A DNA stretch of 64,000 nt from an uncultured bacterium (GCA_964650005.1 CAZYPZ010000002.1:5398-69397); one strand, 5' to 3'. Shown: positions 11,801-21,357, counted from the stretch's first letter. Numbers and translations: made by a program. Notes: generated by a model not told the origin, from the sequence alone.

Positions 11801-12794
11801 ATTGCACGCCGTGGATCCCAATCCACTTTGGCGTTGGATGGCCGACATGCTCTACCGAAGCGGTATGTATCAGCAGGAACCAACGGGAGACCGAGTCGCC
11901 ATGTGGCCGGACGCCCTGAACCTCGTGCCGATCCGCAGCGGCGCGCATGGAACCACTCCGCCGTGCTTTACACCGTCCGGACTGTTGAACCATGCGCTGA
12001 CCCAGCTGGGATGGATCACCGATCTGAAAACACAGACGTTGCGCTGGGGTACAGGGCGCGTCACCGTTCGGGCCCGCGCCCGACTGGACCCGCTGCGGAT
12101 ACGGGCCGCTACGCTGACCTGCCGGATCGACTTTGGCCCTCGCCAGCGGGGCGGGGTGGAGGTGTTCGGCATCACCCGGCCGGAGCGCGTGCGGCTGAAC
12201 GGCCAGCTAATACAACCGCGGGACGCGTTATGGTCGGGCAGCAGCGGCGGATGGCGTTGGCATCCCCGTTGGAATCTGCTGGAGATACGGGTACCGGCGC
12301 CGGGAGCCCATCTGTTGTCCATCGAGGGTGTGCGCCCGGCAGGGGCTCCAAAACCGCCGCCGGTGAGACGCGATCTGAACTTCACATTCCGCCAGGATAC
12401 CGAGGGTTGGCAGGCGGTCCACCAGATTGACGCACTGCGCGTGACGCCAAACGGATTGGAAGGAACGATCAGCGGCGGAGATCCTTACATGCAGCGCGCC
12501 GATCTGATGGTGCCTGGCCGGAAAGGCGATACGCTGGTGTTGGACATGGCGGTAACTCAGGGCAATGGTTCGGCACAGATCTTCTGGGCGACCACGACGG
12601 GAGGGATCGATACGGCACGGTCCCTGGAGTTCGGCATCCCCATGGACGGTACGGTGCATACCGTACGCATACCGGTGGGCGCCCATCCGCAATGGGCGGG
12701 CCAGACGATCGAAGCGATCCGGATCGACCCCGGCTCGGGACCCGCAGGCACCCGGTGCACCATTCGGTCAATACGTCTCGAACGGGCTGAATGA
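8892..12794 (+). CDS. Large secreted protein with N-terminal CBM4/9-like domain and six-hairpin (alpha/alpha)6 glycosidase-like domain
   Basis: ATG at 8892 follows GGAGGT (8881-8886). Signal peptide MKRRAGKLSWLGSVLALVLALPGWAQ. CBM4_9-like start QIVSNGGFEE. Central W-rich alpha-toroid segment (DGNWPFTGKHAG...LTGDRKA...). About 1300 aa. Confidence 0.5.
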   Translation: MKRRAGKLSWLGSVLALVLALPGWAQIVSNGGFEETDASGMAIDWVSIGGARIVDDAAHTGRHSMHLHRPPGTSGEIGANRAWTAGSTEQGAMLSQTRGAIAFWYKNDPTGSPDAAQMHIIPMSSRAMELPIGRVIWVAPEEQPDQRTEWRRGVIGYDFSANPDVKWVMIAPRLGLEAEHMWIDDVAWEPEAPSGLQIERMELKPSGIDPDSDAQLKVTVRSIGTAPSPVAQLQFNLPATLHVSPPSVTIPALNAGQTHVITVRLRGRRFGKASVTAVLTGPAAAERRTLLMQPRLRVAYLECSRMQAMPGQPIRVRLFVSNTGGSMAEESSAWLQLPPGMTARRIRSGGPVSVREAVNAAEWLVTAKSDIGWTSLTGGLHGDPHAATAPIWVTAIRPRMQNDTQPVVRVSSGQAVASTGVCRLALVDSGAGLWWGELQTRRGKQWRTVALLPRLGLLNTGGKDQVFRPNRVVARGRELRYEGVIASQGMTWRFETVLYAQPGADWLRYTVRVVPDIPASYRALEGPMLYAGDGAEQPRQDAIVPGLEWLDASEESSSALDIMPDHPDRMRMAPHPYKVTIPAVGLRQNGALVGLLWDVWDKQLSPKHGPASLVFSSPNRLEGHRNHLMGLQLPAVGADMRENTRRATRDIPVQAGETLALQAVLQARDASGDALEVIDRWIALHGRPTPLPPPHGSWRNELAFSMSGYAPDKALWNPEWRKWYSDLIIGFAPSLAPVSELIAGAEMLGDHPMAAKAMAWVAAADFDQTTPMALHAQHRTDISQLDQMARTVTGLIRSQLPDGNWPFTGKHAGAIPPGALDYDYLGAEGACESGLTATPAITVLQYALLTGDRKATSSGLKALKALTRYSIPRAAQTWEVPVHTPDILAAGYCVRANVLGYRLTGDPRWLSEARSWARRILPFMYVWHPKDLPAMHGASIPVFGATQYVLSWFGVAVQWNGIACADPLYELHAVDPNPLWRWMADMLYRSGMYQQEPTGDRVAMWPDALNLVPIRSGAHGTTPPCFTPSGLLNHALTQLGWITDLKTQTLRWGTGRVTVRARARLDPLRIRAATLTCRIDFGPRQRGGVEVFGITRPERVRLNGQLIQPRDALWSGSSGGWRWHPRWNLLEIRVPAPGAHLLSIEGVRPAGAPKPPPVRRDLNFTFRQDTEGWQAVHQIDALRVTPNGLEGTISGGDPYMQRADLMVPGRKGDTLVLDMAVTQGNGSAQIFWATTTGGIDTARSLEFGIPMDGTVHTVRIPVGAHPQWAGQTIEAIRIDPGSGPAGTRCTIRSIRLERAE

Positions 12795-12879
12795 TGCGGC
12801 GATATCGCAGGGGCGCCGGAACGGAGAAGGCTCCGGCGCGCCGCACAACGATCCGGTACGGAAAAGGGGACACACCTTT

Positions 12880-14706
12880 ATGAAAGCAGCCATTCGCTGT
12901 ATCGCCGCGGCCTGTTGTGTCGCCAGTCTGGCGGTAGCCAGCCATTCGGGACAGATACCCAGCCACGTCTATACGGCGTTGGAGTCGCGGCAGTTCCTCT
13001 CCGGGCCGGCCAGGCAAGCGGTGGACAGCAATCTGGATACCTACTTGAGCGGCGCCCAGGGACCGGATGTGTGCGGTGTGGTGATGCCGGTACTCAACGG
13101 GATCTCCTGGTTTCGCGCTGCAGGCGCCGAAACACATTATGACGATCGGAAGGCCATGCTGGCATTGAACCTGCTGGATACAGCACGCACCGAGAAAGAG
13201 CGCGCCTATGCACTGGGCTGGATCAGCCACTACATCAACGATATGTTCGTTCATGAAGTGATCAACAACTATGGCGGCTTCTATGAACGGTACCATGCGC
13301 GTCACCTGTTGCTGGAACAGCTGGAGAACAAACATGTATTGGCCAGCCATCCAGAGGTCGCGGCCGCCATGGCCCGGCCGATCCCCGAAACCCCGGATGC
13401 CGGCTTCGCCGGGTTCATATTCGATGCCTATCAGCGCACCTGGCCAGAAAACCCCATCTACCGATCGGGTAACGAATGGGTCACCGACAACCGCACGTAT
13501 TTCTGTGGCCGATACAACGAAGCGGCGGATTGGTGCGGTAAAGCGGCCATGCAGTTCGTAGCGTCCCATACGAGTGGCACAGGCAAGCACGGATGGGGCA
13601 TCGCCACGTTGAACTTTCCCAATATGCCCAGCGACACCGAGTACAAACAGATGCGTCAGGCGGTGCAGATCACCGGCGCCCAGGCAGCCGATGGCGCCCT
13701 GATGGTCTCCGCACGAATACAGGACAACCACCTGTTCGGGCGCTTCACCATCGATTGGGATGCCGCCGCTCAGGCAGCTGTTTTGTACGCCCATCAGGTG
13801 TTCGCGCTGGCGTCCCAATACCTCGCAGAACCGGATCCCGCCCGGAAAGCCGCACTTCGCAAACAGCTGTATGCAGTGATCCCCAACGTCAACCTGGACC
13901 AGCCCAGGATGGCGTTTGATCCCGACCGGGTGACCCCCGGCGATGTCACCATCAGTCGACTGACGTACGGGCTGACCATCACGCCCTCCACCCCGAAAGG
14001 CAAGACGGCATCCAAACCTGTCATGCTCTCGGGCGTGTCGTCTCAAATCACCCCCGCTGCCAGCCATTTCGGAGGCACGCAGACCGGTACGGTATCCTGG
14101 AACGTACCTCTGCCTCCCGGCGTGAAGTCCGGCCGGTATACCGTAACCGTATCTTTGACCGGAAAAGACGCATGGAAGACGCTGGCTTACCGAAACGTGG
14201 ACTGGACGGTCGCTTCCGGGACCTTCGACACCGAAAAGCCCAAGAATAAACCAGCCGCCGAAGCTTCACTGCTGACGATGCGCACGTACCACTCCAATAA
14301 GCAGCTTTATCAGGAATACTCGTATTACAAATCTCCGACCGGTGCGATCATGAAACACGGACGTTACCGGGAGTGGAATGCCCAGGGTGTGCTGACAGAC
14401 GATATGACATTTGGCCACGGTAAACTCGAGGGGGTCTGGCGGCACTGGTGGCCGACTGGCGAGCTTTACTTCGAAGAGACCTATGTGCATGGTTCTGCCA
14501 ACGGACCGTACAGGCGGTTCTTCAAGAGCGGACAGGTCGACTGGGAGGGCGTGAAGCGTGACGGGAACTACGTGGGTATCTGGACACGCTACCACGAAAA
14601 TGGCCGGAAAAGTTCCGAGGAGGACTGGGGCGAAGGAGGTTTGAAGCCCATCCGCGAACGGTCATGGGATGAAAATGGCAAGGAACTGCCGATCGTGTCT
14701 CATTGA
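12880..14706 (+). CDS. Secreted zinc-dependent phospholipase C / S1-P1 nuclease-like domain protein with C-terminal MORN(YwqK-type) repeats
   Basis: ATG at 12880 is preceded by AAAAGGGGA and follows the stop of the upstream gene; the 12565-12879 part of the track ORF is an out-of-frame overlap. Signal peptide MKAAIRCIAAACCVASLAVAS. GWISHYINDMFVHEV resembles the Zn-ligand motif of the PLC/P1 nuclease fold. C-terminal repeats GVWRHWWPTGELYFEETYVHGSANGPYRRFFKSGQ... are MORN-like. Confidence 0.45.
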   Translation: MKAAIRCIAAACCVASLAVASHSGQIPSHVYTALESRQFLSGPARQAVDSNLDTYLSGAQGPDVCGVVMPVLNGISWFRAAGAETHYDDRKAMLALNLLDTARTEKERAYALGWISHYINDMFVHEVINNYGGFYERYHARHLLLEQLENKHVLASHPEVAAAMARPIPETPDAGFAGFIFDAYQRTWPENPIYRSGNEWVTDNRTYFCGRYNEAADWCGKAAMQFVASHTSGTGKHGWGIATLNFPNMPSDTEYKQMRQAVQITGAQAADGALMVSARIQDNHLFGRFTIDWDAAAQAAVLYAHQVFALASQYLAEPDPARKAALRKQLYAVIPNVNLDQPRMAFDPDRVTPGDVTISRLTYGLTITPSTPKGKTASKPVMLSGVSSQITPAASHFGGTQTGTVSWNVPLPPGVKSGRYTVTVSLTGKDAWKTLAYRNVDWTVASGTFDTEKPKNKPAAEASLLTMRTYHSNKQLYQEYSYYKSPTGAIMKHGRYREWNAQGVLTDDMTFGHGKLEGVWRHWWPTGELYFEETYVHGSANGPYRRFFKSGQVDWEGVKRDGNYVGIWTRYHENGRKSSEEDWGEGGLKPIRERSWDENGKELPIVSH

Positions 14707-14760
14707 CGCGTGAACGAGTCGGCAACGGCGAGCCCATTCAAAAAAACAGGAGGAGTCAGG

Positions 14761-15543
14761 ATGCACTCACGCACTTCGCTGATCAGCGGTGGTATGGCAT
14801 TGCTGGCCTTGGCGGTCTTCGCCGCGCCAGCCAATCCACCGGCGCGTTACCGGCAAAGCGTGCAGACGGCGCTGCTGCAACAGTCGCGTGACATCGCGCG
14901 GGCCCAGCGCGATTACGCGCTGTTGATGGAATCGGCCCAGGAAGAGGAACGGATCCGTACGACAGCGGCTCTTCAACAGATGGCCATGGCGGAAACACTG
15001 GCGCTGCGTGAATGGAAACCCGGCGCCGACGGGGCTCAAGCGCGCGGTCAGGCGATGAACCGACTGGCGCAGGCAATGGGTCAACTGCAGCAGGAGATCT
15101 CTCAGGCGCACGGGCAGTCCGCCCAGGTGATCTCGCAGGGTCAGGGCCAGCTTCAGCAGGAGCGCTCTCAGGCGCTGCAGCGCTCACAACAGCAGATCAC
15201 CCAAGCCTGGCAGTCCATGCAGCAGTCCATGCAGACGCCTTCCGAGTTCAGCGGAACGGCCGACCCGACCGCCTGGCTGCTTCCTGCGCAGTCTGCTGAA
15301 CAGCAACGCGCCATTCAACAGTACAACGAATCGGTCAACAAGGCCCGTGCAACCTACCGATCGGCTCTGGCTGCCGCCGACAGCGCTTGGGCGCAAGCCG
15401 CGCGCAACTGGTCCGGCAAGACACCGCAACAGATGGAACGCGACTGTCAACGGTGGCGCATGAACGCAACGGATGCCCTGGAAGATCTGATGGCCGCCCT
15501 GCGCACTGCCCGACGCCGCCTGGCTCTGGCCTTGGAGGAATAG
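14761..15543 (+). CDS. Secreted glutamine-rich repetitive protein (hypothetical)
   Basis: ATG at 14761 preceded by AGGAGG. Signal peptide MHSRTSLISGGMALLALAVFAAPA. Low-complexity QxxQ repeats (QAMGQLQQEISQAHGQSAQVISQGQGQLQQERSQALQRSQQQITQAWQSMQQSMQ). Confidence 0.4.
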   Translation: MHSRTSLISGGMALLALAVFAAPANPPARYRQSVQTALLQQSRDIARAQRDYALLMESAQEEERIRTTAALQQMAMAETLALREWKPGADGAQARGQAMNRLAQAMGQLQQEISQAHGQSAQVISQGQGQLQQERSQALQRSQQQITQAWQSMQQSMQTPSEFSGTADPTAWLLPAQSAEQQRAIQQYNESVNKARATYRSALAAADSAWAQAARNWSGKTPQQMERDCQRWRMNATDALEDLMAALRTARRRLALALEE

Positions 15544-15551
15544 GGAGGAAC

Positions 15552-15577
15552 GGTGGGCCGGTGGCGGCCGGCCCACC
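15552..15577. terminator. Bidirectional terminator-like hairpin between convergent genes
   Basis: GGTGGGCCGG-TGGCGG-CCGGCCCACC: perfect 10-bp GC stem with 6-nt loop, in the 55-bp gap between the Gln-rich gene (+) and the GH9-like gene (-). No U-tract. Confidence 0.4.
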
Positions 15578-15598
15578 CGTCACCGGCCTGTCATACTG

Positions 15599-17896
15599 TC
15601 AACGCCGCTCTAATCGGGCGGCTATACACCCATGCAGATAGGCCATCGGACCGATGTTCTGCATCACGGTGTATTCGCATTGCATTGGCAGCCAGAACAC
15701 ATCGAAAAAGAACTCGGTCGCCGGCCATTGATCCGGACGCGGCCAACAATGCTGGGCGATCAGCTTCAGTTCCCAATGGTCCGATCCATAACCGGTCGGA
15801 TCTATCGGCCCCAATACGGTGATACCGGGAGGGGGCGACTGACCGGTCACCCGGGCATCCAGATAGAGCGCATGGCGCGGTGAACGGGCGCCCAAGCCGG
15901 TGGTGAAGCACAGATTCAGCGGATTGCATCCATGGGTAAAACTGAACGCCCGCCATAAGGCTGGATGGACGCCGTTGCGCCGATCCAGCCACTCGGCCCT
16001 TAGCAGATTGATGCAGTCCGGTACGGTCATCAACCCCCAACCCACGGGTCGGTACGGGCTCTCCTTCACCCAGCCAAACAGGCTGCGTTTGGCGGAGGCA
16101 TCGATCAAGCGAGCGGCCGCGTCGAACGCCCGGCGTGCGTGTATCGCGATCGGTGCATCCGATCGGGTGGATGGGTCGCACAGATAGCTGAACGCCGCCT
16201 CCGCCTGATCGTACTCCTTCCAGACAGACAGCGTGTCGCGCGGCCCCGTAAACACCGATGTGGTCTCGAACAGCGTCAACCAGGCCGCGTCACGCGTAAG
16301 CCGGTACATCTCGACAGCGGCCAGATTTCGGGAATCGCGTACCTGGTGAGGCAGCTCCGGCCAGGGAAGCGTGTCGGCCTGGGCATCCGCCCAGCGCATC
16401 GCCCGGGCGGCGCTGGACGCGTACACTTCGGCTTCGGACCGGTTGCGGGCGATCAAACGCCGCGCCAGTCGTGCAGCAGTCGCAGCATACAGCCAACTGC
16501 TCCACGGATCGGGGGCATAGGCCATAATCCGCAACGATTCCTGCCAGCTGGCCTCACCGTACCGCGGGTGGTCTTCTGACTCGATACCACCCCGGATCGC
16601 CCCATCCGGCAGCTGCATACGGCGGTAACAATCCACGCTCCACATCGCTTCGGTCAGCAGATCGGGCCGGCGCGGGTCGTCCGTGGGTATGTTCAACGAG
16701 AGCCTCTGGCAATAGTCAGGATGCAGCTCATCCAGCTCCAGCAGCAGTCGCGTGGCATCCAGATGCTGGATGCGCCGGTCCCAGTCGCCGGCATCGAAGT
16801 ACCCTCCCCAAGCGTCGGGGACAGGTGTGTCCGTGCGTCCTTTGACCAGGCATCCGAAGTTGTCCGTGTCCAATCCCCGCGCGTTCAGGCCGTTGCCGCT
16901 GTCCATCAGCGAGCAGGTCGACGCGGTGACCCGTACGCCATCGTCCGGATGGAACGCGCGCGGCCGACGGAAACCATCGGAATGAGGCGGTTGAATGGCG
17001 ATACCGCTGCGCTGGTAATACAGCCCCCGAGTGATTATTCGATGGGCCGTGCGCCAGACATCCGGTGCGATGCGAAACGGCAGCGAACAGCCGATCCCCT
17101 CGGCCACCAGCCGATAACGGCCGGTTCGGCGGAATGCGCCAAAGTCCACCGTAAGCACAGGCGTGCGCGTGTAGTCGCGCTTGTACACATCCTCCGGTTC
17201 GGGCATGCGCCGCGAGGCCTGGCCTCGCCAGACCACGCGGCCGGTGCGGTCTTCCACCAGGCTCACCGGCAGCGTCGCCGGGTAAGGCTGTCCGCCGCCG
17301 TCGCCCCTCCAGCACGAGATGGTTCCGAGTTTGACGGAGGCCTCGGGATGATAACCGACATGCGATACATGCACCGCCTCGGACATCACCTGTGCGGCAT
17401 CGAACCGCACACGGCGCTGGGCAGGGCTCAACAGCGGATGGCTGAGTGTGCAGACTGCGCCCGCTGGAATGGGTTGAGGCAGTTCCAGATACAGCGTGTG
17501 CAGCAGCGTGGCCTGAAACTGAAACGGTTGATGTTGCGCGAAGTTGGTGGGACGCGTCTTCCGATAGATGCGGCCAGGACGCAGTTCGGATGGTTTGCCC
17601 GCTCCCCGGCTCACCGTCACACGCCAACGGGACATGTCCAGCCAAGCGCTGACGGGCTCATCGGGAAGGTCCGTCACATGTTCAGCATGAAACAGCGTAT
17701 CGCCCGCCGAGCCCACCAGAGCACCGATCCATTTGCCATCTCGGATCACCCATCGGTGGACCCCCTCGGTGATCACGTCGCCTGCATGCCGTTCATAAGG
17801 CGTCTGTCGACCGGGAACGAACACACCGGCCTCCAATTCGACCGCAACGACACTCGGCGCGACCAGGTACCATCGCTGGAACCGATACCTACCCAT
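15599..17896 (-). CDS. Glycoside hydrolase family 9-like endoglucanase with N-terminal Ig-like (CelD_N-type) domain
   Basis: GGYFDAGDWDRRIQH matches the GH9 GGW(Y/H)DAGD motif. The ~300-aa N-terminal beta-rich region precedes an (alpha/alpha)6-like catalytic region. No signal peptide seen. Confidence 0.5.
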   Translation of the reverse strand: MGRYRFQRWYLVAPSVVAVELEAGVFVPGRQTPYERHAGDVITEGVHRWVIRDGKWIGALVGSAGDTLFHAEHVTDLPDEPVSAWLDMSRWRVTVSRGAGKPSELRPGRIYRKTRPTNFAQHQPFQFQATLLHTLYLELPQPIPAGAVCTLSHPLLSPAQRRVRFDAAQVMSEAVHVSHVGYHPEASVKLGTISCWRGDGGGQPYPATLPVSLVEDRTGRVVWRGQASRRMPEPEDVYKRDYTRTPVLTVDFGAFRRTGRYRLVAEGIGCSLPFRIAPDVWRTAHRIITRGLYYQRSGIAIQPPHSDGFRRPRAFHPDDGVRVTASTCSLMDSGNGLNARGLDTDNFGCLVKGRTDTPVPDAWGGYFDAGDWDRRIQHLDATRLLLELDELHPDYCQRLSLNIPTDDPRRPDLLTEAMWSVDCYRRMQLPDGAIRGGIESEDHPRYGEASWQESLRIMAYAPDPWSSWLYAATAARLARRLIARNRSEAEVYASSAARAMRWADAQADTLPWPELPHQVRDSRNLAAVEMYRLTRDAAWLTLFETTSVFTGPRDTLSVWKEYDQAEAAFSYLCDPSTRSDAPIAIHARRAFDAAARLIDASAKRSLFGWVKESPYRPVGWGLMTVPDCINLLRAEWLDRRNGVHPALWRAFSFTHGCNPLNLCFTTGLGARSPRHALYLDARVTGQSPPPGITVLGPIDPTGYGSDHWELKLIAQHCWPRPDQWPATEFFFDVFWLPMQCEYTVMQNIGPMAYLHGCIAARLERR

Positions 17897-17923
17897 TCCG
17901 CTTGTCTCCCTATGTGAAACAGG

Positions 17924-19939
17924 TCAATACAGCACCATTTCCCCATCCATTGGGTCCAGACGCAGCCGGGTGATCCGCTTCCCATCATGTCTGCGTGTTC
18001 GGCTCTCCAGCCTGATGCTGTCGGCTGCCAGCGGCCCGACGCCGCGCAGCGTCAGGCGGTGCAGGCCAGCAGACAGATGCATAGAACCGATGCGCAGCCA
18101 ACCGCCGCATCCCGGACGTTGGTCTACGGAAAACGTGCTTTCATTCACGGCATATTCGGCCCGTTCGGCCCAATGGCCGACAGGCACGCCTGCGTACAAA
18201 GTGTACTCGTCCGAAGCGGGTATCTGTATCATCCAGCGGAAGACCCCTTCGCCATCGGACAGCACCCGGTATCCGGCACCGTCGTATGCGGTATTATCCG
18301 CCTGAAGCCGCCAATTTCCGGTGACAGCGCCACAGCCTGGCGATGCATCGTCGATCTCTACCACCCACCGCGGGGTGATGTCATCCGAGCAGCGCCGCAT
18401 CTCACGGGACAGCGTGACGGTACGCGGTATTCGGCCGGCGTTGAACCAGGCCTCACCGCGTTCAAATGACCGGCAGTAAAGCGGTTCTCCCACTTCCGTG
18501 ACGCGCAGCCGGGTAACCAAAAACGCGCCTGCACCGGGTATGTGCCACTGCAGCGCGTAATCCGTATGGACATCAGGCGTCACTGTCATGCGGACCGGCC
18601 ACCACGCTCCGGTGCTGAGCTTCACATCGGTGCGTCCGCGATCGAACTTTTCCCATCCGCCTGTCTCGGTTCGCAGTGTCACACAGAGTATCTCGTCCGG
18701 GCGCTGCAGGATCCGGCAATCAGCCTCCACGCGGTATCTTCGGCCGGGCAGGAAACGGAGGCGTTCCGGATCGGTAGACAGTGCACACCGCCAGCCGCCG
18801 GAGCCGGTACGGACCTCAAGGCCGCGCACGGTGGATCGCCAATCCGGTCCCGGCCGCCATGGTGAACGGGTGGAACCGGGACGCCAATCCAGCACCAGCC
18901 GATCCGGGCGATCCGAAATACAGCGAGCGGGACCGACAGCCCGACCCAGATCCACATCGAACTCGGGATACCAGAAGCGCGGATTGCCATAGTTGACGGT
19001 TCCAAAGTCGTATGTGTAGTACACATCCGCCATGAGCGCGGTGTAAAAACCGGTGCGCATGCGTTTGTAGGCGCGCGCGGCCCGGTCAAACTCCTCGGGG
19101 GTTGGGTTTTTGCCGATCCGCCATGATTGGTATCCGAAGGGATGGCCCATGAACGCGCACGTCACGGGGGGCTGTCGGCTGCCGGTGCGCCAGCGGGTCA
19201 GCCGGTCAATGGCCTGTTCTGCGGTCATGTAGCCGTCGGCCACGCCATCCAGCAACGCGGCCGACTCGAACAGCCTCCCGTGGATATGGGGCCGATGGTT
19301 CTCGTCGGCGTCATTGGCCAACCACATCGCTTGGGGCCAACGGCGGTGCAGCCGGTCGAACAGCCGGTTCTGTGCGGCTTGCCAACGGCTGTTCAGCTCC
19401 GGCAACGGGTCGGGAAGACCGTCCAGATCGGCGTCGATGTCCTGTCCCAGCCAGGAGATATGACCGACAACGCTGTCGAACATGGCGCCCTGCAGCAGAT
19501 TGCGGTCAAGCAGTCGACCGAAGGTGCGGTCCACCCATTGATACAGCGCGTCCAGACACCCCGGTTGCAGGATGTTCGGCGTGTAGATCGCGCCGCCCCA
19601 CCAGGTCACGGGTGAGCCATCCGCCCGACGCAACAGCCATTCGTCCTTCAGCCACGGATGCCACTCCTTGACGCGCTCCACATTGGCCAGCGGCGCGGTG
19701 CCTAGAATGACGATGCGCGGATTGAGAGAACGGGCCGTTCGGATGAACGGTTCGTACGCCTCGTCCGGCCCGCCATAAATCACCAGCAGATCGTACCGGG
19801 CCCACAGGCGGGGATCGGCTGTCGGGCCACACCCCCACAGGTTGGCAATCCGGGGATACCGGATCGAGGAATTGTCGGGTTTCTTATGATTTTGTATATC
19901 CATCAGGCGCTCCCGGGGGCTCCAGTGCCTTTGGACCAT
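17924..19939 (-). CDS. Hypothetical glycoside-hydrolase-like protein (TIM-barrel GHL-type N-region, C-terminal beta-sandwich/CBM-like region)
   Basis: 671 aa, co-directional with and 27 nt downstream of the GH9-like gene (probable operon). W/Y-rich barrel-like segment (WWGGAIYTPNIL..., FYTALMADVYYTYDFG). No confident family assignment. Confidence 0.45.
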   Translation of the reverse strand: MVQRHWSPRERLMDIQNHKKPDNSSIRYPRIANLWGCGPTADPRLWARYDLLVIYGGPDEAYEPFIRTARSLNPRIVILGTAPLANVERVKEWHPWLKDEWLLRRADGSPVTWWGGAIYTPNILQPGCLDALYQWVDRTFGRLLDRNLLQGAMFDSVVGHISWLGQDIDADLDGLPDPLPELNSRWQAAQNRLFDRLHRRWPQAMWLANDADENHRPHIHGRLFESAALLDGVADGYMTAEQAIDRLTRWRTGSRQPPVTCAFMGHPFGYQSWRIGKNPTPEEFDRAARAYKRMRTGFYTALMADVYYTYDFGTVNYGNPRFWYPEFDVDLGRAVGPARCISDRPDRLVLDWRPGSTRSPWRPGPDWRSTVRGLEVRTGSGGWRCALSTDPERLRFLPGRRYRVEADCRILQRPDEILCVTLRTETGGWEKFDRGRTDVKLSTGAWWPVRMTVTPDVHTDYALQWHIPGAGAFLVTRLRVTEVGEPLYCRSFERGEAWFNAGRIPRTVTLSREMRRCSDDITPRWVVEIDDASPGCGAVTGNWRLQADNTAYDGAGYRVLSDGEGVFRWMIQIPASDEYTLYAGVPVGHWAERAEYAVNESTFSVDQRPGCGGWLRIGSMHLSAGLHRLTLRGVGPLAADSIRLESRTRRHDGKRITRLRLDPMDGEMVLY

Positions 19940-20016
19940 TGGCTATGACAGGCGCGTGCTCCTGCAGGAGTCATAACTTGCGAACGGGAGCAGATGCCGA
20001 GCTACGTGCGTTCCGG

Positions 20017-21135
20017 TCAGTACGCCCCCACGTTCGGGCGGGTGGTCTTCGGGCGCTTCCGGGTCTGGCACGGATGTACATACTGCAGTTCAGGCGCCAG
20101 CGGATACCCGCCGGCTTTGCCGGGATCGACACCGGCGCCGCGGGCCGGTGAGCTCGGCTTCAGGCGATAATCCTGATGAGCCGCATCAACGAAGCCGGAC
20201 GTATCCACGGTCAGGTTGCGGCGTATGTCGGCTCCCGGTAGGTCCGGCCACTCGGCGCCGACGCCCAGGTTGTTGATCAACGCGACGCGCGGATTGGCAC
20301 CACCGATGCGCAGGAAGCGCCCGGGTTGGCGGTCGGACACGCAGCTATTATGGACGACGTACAGTTCCTGCACCGGGTTCGCCGCGCCCTCCAGCGCGTA
20401 GGAGATCATCGCGCCGTTCTCCGCCCTAGGTCCGTGCTGCATGAGGTTGCCAATCACGATGGATCGTCCTCCGTTGGGAAGATCGAGCACGTAGCTGGAG
20501 TTGCCGTCGACCTCGTCGGTCAGGCGGTTGTACAGGATTAAGTTGGTTTCCGCGCGGCTTTTCACCAAGTGGCCGATACGTGCGTGGTGCGAGTAGCAGC
20601 CGCGCAGGGTGAAGCTGCGCACGCGTCCAATGTAGATGTTGTGGGACAGACCATCGCCATAACCGTTATGGTCGAACTCCGAATACTCCAGCACGACGTC
20701 GCTCTGCGGATTGGCGCCGGTAAGAACGCCCATCTGATTGCCATGGAAGCGGCATCCGCGTATGGTCAACCCGGGCCCCTCCTGGCGGATTCCCGCGCCG
20801 TTCTTGTCCGTCGATCGGCAACCGGTGAACTCCAGATTTTGCACTGTGGTGTTTGCCCCTTTGATCACCCACAGCGCTTTGCCCTCGGCACTCTGTCCCG
20901 CCGCGTCGAGTACCGGACGCGCGCCCACTCCGCGCAGAGTCAGGTTGTTCGCGCGCCAGACAGCGACATCGTTGTAAACACCCGCATGGATCTCCACCAC
21001 GTCGCCATCGTGTGCGATCGCCGCCGCGTCACTCGGTTTCGCCAGACCGCCCGGACCGACAATAAGCGTCTTCGCCCACAGCGGCATGGACACACTTAAC
21101 AGACAGATCAGCATCCCGAAACGCACTGTGCTCAC
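20017..21135 (-). CDS. Secreted right-handed parallel beta-helix repeat protein (pectin-lyase fold; lyase/NosD-like)
   Basis: Signal peptide MSTVRFGMLICLLSVSMPLWA. Repeated beta-helix rungs (NLTLRGVG..., TVQNLEFTGC..., LTIRGCRFHGNQMGVL..., FTLRGCYSHH...). Confidence 0.6.
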   Translation of the reverse strand: MSTVRFGMLICLLSVSMPLWAKTLIVGPGGLAKPSDAAAIAHDGDVVEIHAGVYNDVAVWRANNLTLRGVGARPVLDAAGQSAEGKALWVIKGANTTVQNLEFTGCRSTDKNGAGIRQEGPGLTIRGCRFHGNQMGVLTGANPQSDVVLEYSEFDHNGYGDGLSHNIYIGRVRSFTLRGCYSHHARIGHLVKSRAETNLILYNRLTDEVDGNSSYVLDLPNGGRSIVIGNLMQHGPRAENGAMISYALEGAANPVQELYVVHNSCVSDRQPGRFLRIGGANPRVALINNLGVGAEWPDLPGADIRRNLTVDTSGFVDAAHQDYRLKPSSPARGAGVDPGKAGGYPLAPELQYVHPCQTRKRPKTTRPNVGAY

Positions 21136-21357
21136 CTCCCATAGGATTAGCCATTGGTCCTATTGTAGTGCATGGCGAGGGAGATCGCGTCCCGACATCG
21201 GGAGCGGACGGCTCGATCGAGCGCGCCCGAAGCTGATCGGGGAGACAAACGATGCACAAAAGCATCAATTTGGTGCAAACAGCGTAAAGATCATATAAGC
21301 GTCACATTGGCCAGACAGGTTAAGCTGGTGGCAGTCCACCACCCGCGGAGGGGACCC

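Noticed and set aside
12813-12839. Hairpin GCGCCGGA-N11-TCCGGCGC downstream of the 8892-12794 gene
   Set aside because: Only an 8-bp stem with an 11-nt loop and no U-tract. It sits between co-directional genes that are probably co-transcribed. Too weak to call a terminator.
12565-12879. 5' extension of the 12565-14706 ORF overlapping the end of the 8892-12794 gene
   Set aside because: The translation is Arg/Ser-rich junk in a different frame from the upstream gene. A good RBS, ATG and signal peptide start at 12880, after the upstream stop.
19940-20016. 12-bp palindrome CTCCTGCAGGAG in the intergenic region between two minus-strand genes
   Set aside because: It has no loop and contains a PstI-like GC palindrome of the kind common at high GC. 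There is no supporting context for a terminator or operator.
21136-21357. Possible cobalamin riboswitch upstream of the URO-D/MtaA-like gene
   Set aside because: URO-D-family methyltransferases are corrinoid-linked, so I looked for GGTG...AATCC...GCCGCAAC-type core motifs. None is present on either strand.
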